Shown: positions 60,699 through 64,000 of the stretch, piece by piece | Layout: every line of letters starts with the position of its first letter | How positions within the stretch are numbered: position 1 is the stretch's first letter | DNA from: Gammaproteobacteria bacterium | Lineage (GTDB): Bacteria; Pseudomonadota; Gammaproteobacteria; Pseudomonadales; Oceanobacteraceae | Direction of reading: 5' to 3' | Length of the DNA stretch: 64,000 nt | NCBI GenBank assembly: GCA_013373125.1 | Contig: JABXIK010000075.1 | Span: forward strand, 11,845-75,844 | Position numbers and translations under genes: made by a program | The notes under the pieces: generated by a model | Database searches by the model: none | The model's input: only the letters and a program-made list of their open reading frames with translations | Told to the model about the DNA's origin: nothing

Positions 60699-61652
60699 TT
60701 AAAGAGAAAAAGCTGGCGTGTCACAGGCAATTCTATATTCCTTGATTAGGCTTGCAACCAGCTCTGCAACAGATGGGACATCCTGAATGCCTCCTACGCC
60801 ATGACCAGCGCTCCAGATGTCCTTCCAGCTATTGGTGTTGCCCAGATCTAAATCCACTTTGTCCTTACCCGTTAAAGCGCTGATATCTATACCCGCTTGA
60901 ATGAGAGAATCTTTCAAGTAATTGGCATGCACGCCAGTAAAATAATCGCTGTAGATGATGTCTTCGATCTGACTCTTGATGAGCATGGCTTTGTACTCAT
61001 TGGGTACTTGAGCCTCTTGCGTGGCGATAAATCTCGTGCCCATGTACACATAGTCGGCACCCAGAACTTCAGCGGCACGGATACCTTGACCATCATTGAT
61101 CGCGCCAGCCAATGCTAACGGGCCGTCCCAAAACGCTCTGATCTCACGAATGAGAGCAAACGGATTGAGTGTGCCGCCATGACCACCGGCGCCGGCTGCA
61201 ACCACTATTATACCGTCGACACCGGCTTCAATGGCCTTTTTTGCATGCTGGGTCTTAATGACGTCATGAAACACAATGCCACCCCAGCTATGCACATCCT
61301 TCACTATGTCACTTGGATTACCTTGGCTGGTAATGACAAATGGCACCTTGTGCTTTTTGATTAATGCATGATCGGCCATTAAGCGTGAATTAGACGGGTG
61401 GACCACTTGGTTGACAGCGAATGGGGCAACTTTTGCGTTAGGGTTGTCTTGTTTATATTGCTCAAGGCTTGTGGAAACCTCTGTGAGCCACTCATCGAGT
61501 TTTTTCTGTGGTCGAATGTTTAAAGCAGGAAAACTGCCTACAACGCCGTTTTTACAGCATTCAATCACTAATCTAGGGGTGCTAACTAGAAACATAGGTG
61601 CGCAAATAACGGGAAGAGATAATTGCGACTTTAAGGTATCGGTAGATGACAT
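60699..61652 (-). CDS. Nitronate monooxygenase / FabK-like flavoprotein
   Basis: CAPMFLVS, AGGHGG, AGAI, YMGTRFIAT and WSAGHG motifs. Confidence 0.9.
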   Translation of the reverse strand: MSSTDTLKSQLSLPVICAPMFLVSTPRLVIECCKNGVVGSFPALNIRPQKKLDEWLTEVSTSLEQYKQDNPNAKVAPFAVNQVVHPSNSRLMADHALIKKHKVPFVITSQGNPSDIVKDVHSWGGIVFHDVIKTQHAKKAIEAGVDGIIVVAAGAGGHGGTLNPFALIREIRAFWDGPLALAGAINDGQGIRAAEVLGADYVYMGTRFIATQEAQVPNEYKAMLIKSQIEDIIYSDYFTGVHANYLKDSLIQAGIDISALTGKDKVDLDLGNTNSWKDIWSAGHGVGGIQDVPSVAELVASLIKEYRIACDTPAFSL

Positions 61653-61752
61653 GGCATTTATTGTAATTATTAGTTTCCACCACTTTACCTGTTTCTAAGG
61701 GAACAGGTATTGGCTATTTATGACAAATTACCTTGTATAAAGCGCAAGTTCG

Positions 61753-61977
61753 TTAGCCGTCAGGAAAGATTTTACTGACCACTTTATGCACAAGCGGCCC
61801 GACAAAAAAGGCGATTGGATAGGCAATTGGAAAGGCTATGATAAAACTGTATGCCCAGCGAATGAAGAAGCCATCGTCTATGCCCGTATTAATGGCAACT
61901 AATACCCCTGACATGAAGAATGCCATTAGAAATGACATGCCAAAGGCGAATGCCGCCCGAAACCGTAATGATGTCAT
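61753..61977 (-). CDS. DUF2798-like small membrane protein
   Basis: MSFLMAFFMSG...W...F.IAFPIA pattern. Confidence 0.8.
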   Translation of the reverse strand: MTSLRFRAAFAFGMSFLMAFFMSGVLVAINTGIDDGFFIRWAYSFIIAFPIAYPIAFFVGPLVHKVVSKIFPDG

Positions 61978-61980
61978 GGG

Positions 61981-62745
61981 TTATCTCAATGGGGTGAGGC
62001 CGTATTTGGCCAGTAATTTTTGTAAGGTTCCATTGTTTTGTATGGCGCTAAGTAGGTGATTCATTTCTTCTGCTGTTAGGGGGCCATTTTTACGTAGTAA
62101 AACCCTGTGCTGATAGGTTTGATCGAACTTTTCTGAAATGAAAATCTTTTCGTTCAATACTGGGTTGAGTTTCATCTGGTCTTGTAAATAGGAATAAGTC
62201 GAAATCCCTAAATCCGCTTTTCCGTTGAGAACTTGATTGATCACTGTTTTCGGTGAATTGACTAATCTGATATCAAATTGCTGTTTGAGTTGGTCTGAAT
62301 CAGTAATGTTGTCAGCAAATTTATAGTGGTAGCCTAGAATCGCGACAATGCGTTTGTTGGTAAGGTTTTCAAAGTAACTTTGATTAATGCCTTTTTGATT
62401 GCGTGTAAAAAAGACTTCGCCACCGGATAAAAAGACATCACTTGATAATAGGTTGTAGTCTTGCCAGCCCCAATCGATGTTCTCAAAAAAGATGACGTCA
62501 AACATGCCGCGTTTGAAGTCGTTGTAGCGGCGCTTGGGGCTTGTAGGAATGAAAGAGAAGTGATAATCCGACTGTTGCTCGTTGAACAGTTCAATCATGC
62601 CAATGGTCAGGCCAGAGACTTGCTGGCCATGTATTTGAATAAATGGAGGGAATAAATAGCCACCCACGCGGACCTCTTTAGGGGCTGCGGCGGCAGTCGC
62701 GCTCATGGTAGTAAGCGCAATTAAGATAAGCGTGAGTCTAAGCAT
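61981..62745 (-). CDS. Periplasmic substrate-binding protein (family 3-like)
   Basis: Signal peptide, FPPF, PKRRY and ILGY motifs. Confidence 0.8.
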   Translation of the reverse strand: MLRLTLILIALTTMSATAAAAPKEVRVGGYLFPPFIQIHGQQVSGLTIGMIELFNEQQSDYHFSFIPTSPKRRYNDFKRGMFDVIFFENIDWGWQDYNLLSSDVFLSGGEVFFTRNQKGINQSYFENLTNKRIVAILGYHYKFADNITDSDQLKQQFDIRLVNSPKTVINQVLNGKADLGISTYSYLQDQMKLNPVLNEKIFISEKFDQTYQHRVLLRKNGPLTAEEMNHLLSAIQNNGTLQKLLAKYGLTPLR

Positions 62746-62808
62746 ATAAAAGATTAAATAGCATAATTTTTAAATCTAGCAGTAATTAACAATACTGCTA
62801 GTGTGGGT

Positions 62809-63666
62809 TTATGCTGCTTTTTCTTTTTTACCACTGACATTCCAGAGGCCTGCAATGATGATCAATGCGCTGCCAATTATCGTGGTTATCAGTAAGGTTT
62901 CACCCCAGAAAATCCAGCCTAAGATAGCACCATATACCACTGAGCTATAAACGTAAGGGCCAATTTGACCTGGGTTAGCTATGCGATAGGCACGAGTCAG
63001 CGCCAGTTGGCCACAAGTGGCCACTAAACCCATTAATACAATCCATGGCCATTGGTCTGCAGAAGGCCAGTATGGAGACCAAATAAGAGGTATAGCTGCC
63101 AATACAGTGCTAATGGCGCCAAAATAAAAGACGATGCGCACACTGGATTCGGTGGCACTCATGCGACGAATGGTCACTTTGGCTGTGCTGGCAAGTGCAG
63201 CGGAGGCTATGCCCACCAGAGCAACTGGCGTGAACTCATCCGTACCTGGGCGCAAGATAAACATAACCCCAATAAAGCCGATGGCAATGGCCCAGCCGGT
63301 TTTGGGCTTGATCATCTCACCTAGCCAGATGGCGGCTACAATGGGCATAAAGAAAGGACTGGTCAATTTCACTAAAAACGCTTCTGCTAAAGGCATGTTG
63401 GCAATGACATAGAAAAAGCCATACATGGCGCTTAAGCCAACTGCCGCACGTAATAAGTGAAAGTGAAGAACCTTGGTTTTTAGTTCCTGAATGCCATTGT
63501 GCATGATGATGGGGATCAGCATGACCAAGCCAAATAGATTACGGTAAAACACAATGTGTTCGGTGGGCATTTCAGCACTCAAGTGTTTAATGATGGCGCC
63601 CATGATGGATAAAAGACCTTCACCTAAGAGTATAAGCAAAGCACCTTGAACTAGGTTGTTTGGCAT
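62809..63666 (-). CDS. DMT/EamA family transporter
   Basis: About 10 TM with duplicated halves; FYRN and TSPFF motifs. Confidence 0.9.
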   Translation of the reverse strand: MPNNLVQGALLILLGEGLLSIMGAIIKHLSAEMPTEHIVFYRNLFGLVMLIPIIMHNGIQELKTKVLHFHLLRAAVGLSAMYGFFYVIANMPLAEAFLVKLTSPFFMPIVAAIWLGEMIKPKTGWAIAIGFIGVMFILRPGTDEFTPVALVGIASAALASTAKVTIRRMSATESSVRIVFYFGAISTVLAAIPLIWSPYWPSADQWPWIVLMGLVATCGQLALTRAYRIANPGQIGPYVYSSVVYGAILGWIFWGETLLITTIIGSALIIIAGLWNVSGKKEKAA

Positions 63667-63750
63667 AAAGGCTGTCTGATTCGATAGATATTAAGAGGAG
63701 GGCTATTATACAGAAGTCGCAATAATTTGATGCAAGTCAATGCTGTCTTC

Positions 63751-63779
63751 CTTGAAAAAGAATGTTGCTGTCACCATAA
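63751..63779 (+). promoter_or_regulatory. Sigma-32 (RpoH) heat-shock promoter of clpB
   Basis: CTTGAAA-N14-CACCATAA against the consensus CTTGAAA-N13-15-CCCCATnT. Confidence 0.8.
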
Positions 63780-63816
63780 CTGAGCCATAGAAAAAATATG
63801 TACGAGGAAACCTTAA

Positions 63817-64000
63817 ATGCGAATGGATAAATTCACCAGTTCCTTGCAACAAGCTTTGTCCGATGCTCAGTCTTTAGCTTTGGGGCATGATCATAATCAG
63901 ATAGATACTCTGCACCTATTGTTAGCGTTGTTGGATCAAGCGCCCGGTGGGATTCGCCCTTTATTGCAGGGATTGAATGTGCAGTTTCAGCCATTAAAAA
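63817..64000 (+). CDS. clpB: ATP-dependent chaperone ClpB, N-terminal part, truncated by the window edge
   Basis: Manual translation [39 protein letters not shown]. Confidence 0.95.
   Translation, partial: MRMDKFTSSLQQALSDAQSLALGHDHNQIDTLHLLLALLDQAPGGIRPLLQGLNVQFQPLK

Overview
Core chromosomal window of an AT-rich marine gammaproteobacterium. Gene order and sequence style suggest Oceanospirillales, and the synteny is Pseudomonas-like; both points are inference. Housekeeping blocks: LMW-PTP/murB/rne/rluC/sppA; rpmF-plsX-fabDG-acpP-fabF-pabC-mltG-tmk-holB-pilZ; cheV/MOSC/slt/RND/uup; fadBA/topA; and the start of clpB. Two accessory regions stand out. (1) At 16.9-26.1 kb there is a sedentary integron with an attI site and 15 gene cassettes, each bounded by verifiable attC sites. 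These include two complete attC sites of only 48 bp, one of 144 bp, and a decayed distal end. No intact integrase is present. Behind the LexA-boxed integrase-type promoter sits only a 51-aa ORF, embedded in a duplicated, hairpin-rich ~155-bp element. (2) At 26.3-35.7 kb there is a candidate ether-lipid (alkylglycerol) utilisation island: an AraC regulator, an alkyl-DHAP-synthase homologue, a GlpD-like dehydrogenase, an FGGY kinase, a DUF1302 outer-membrane protein and a full-length alkylglycerol monooxygenase (AGMO) homologue. All calls were made by eye; no database searches were run.
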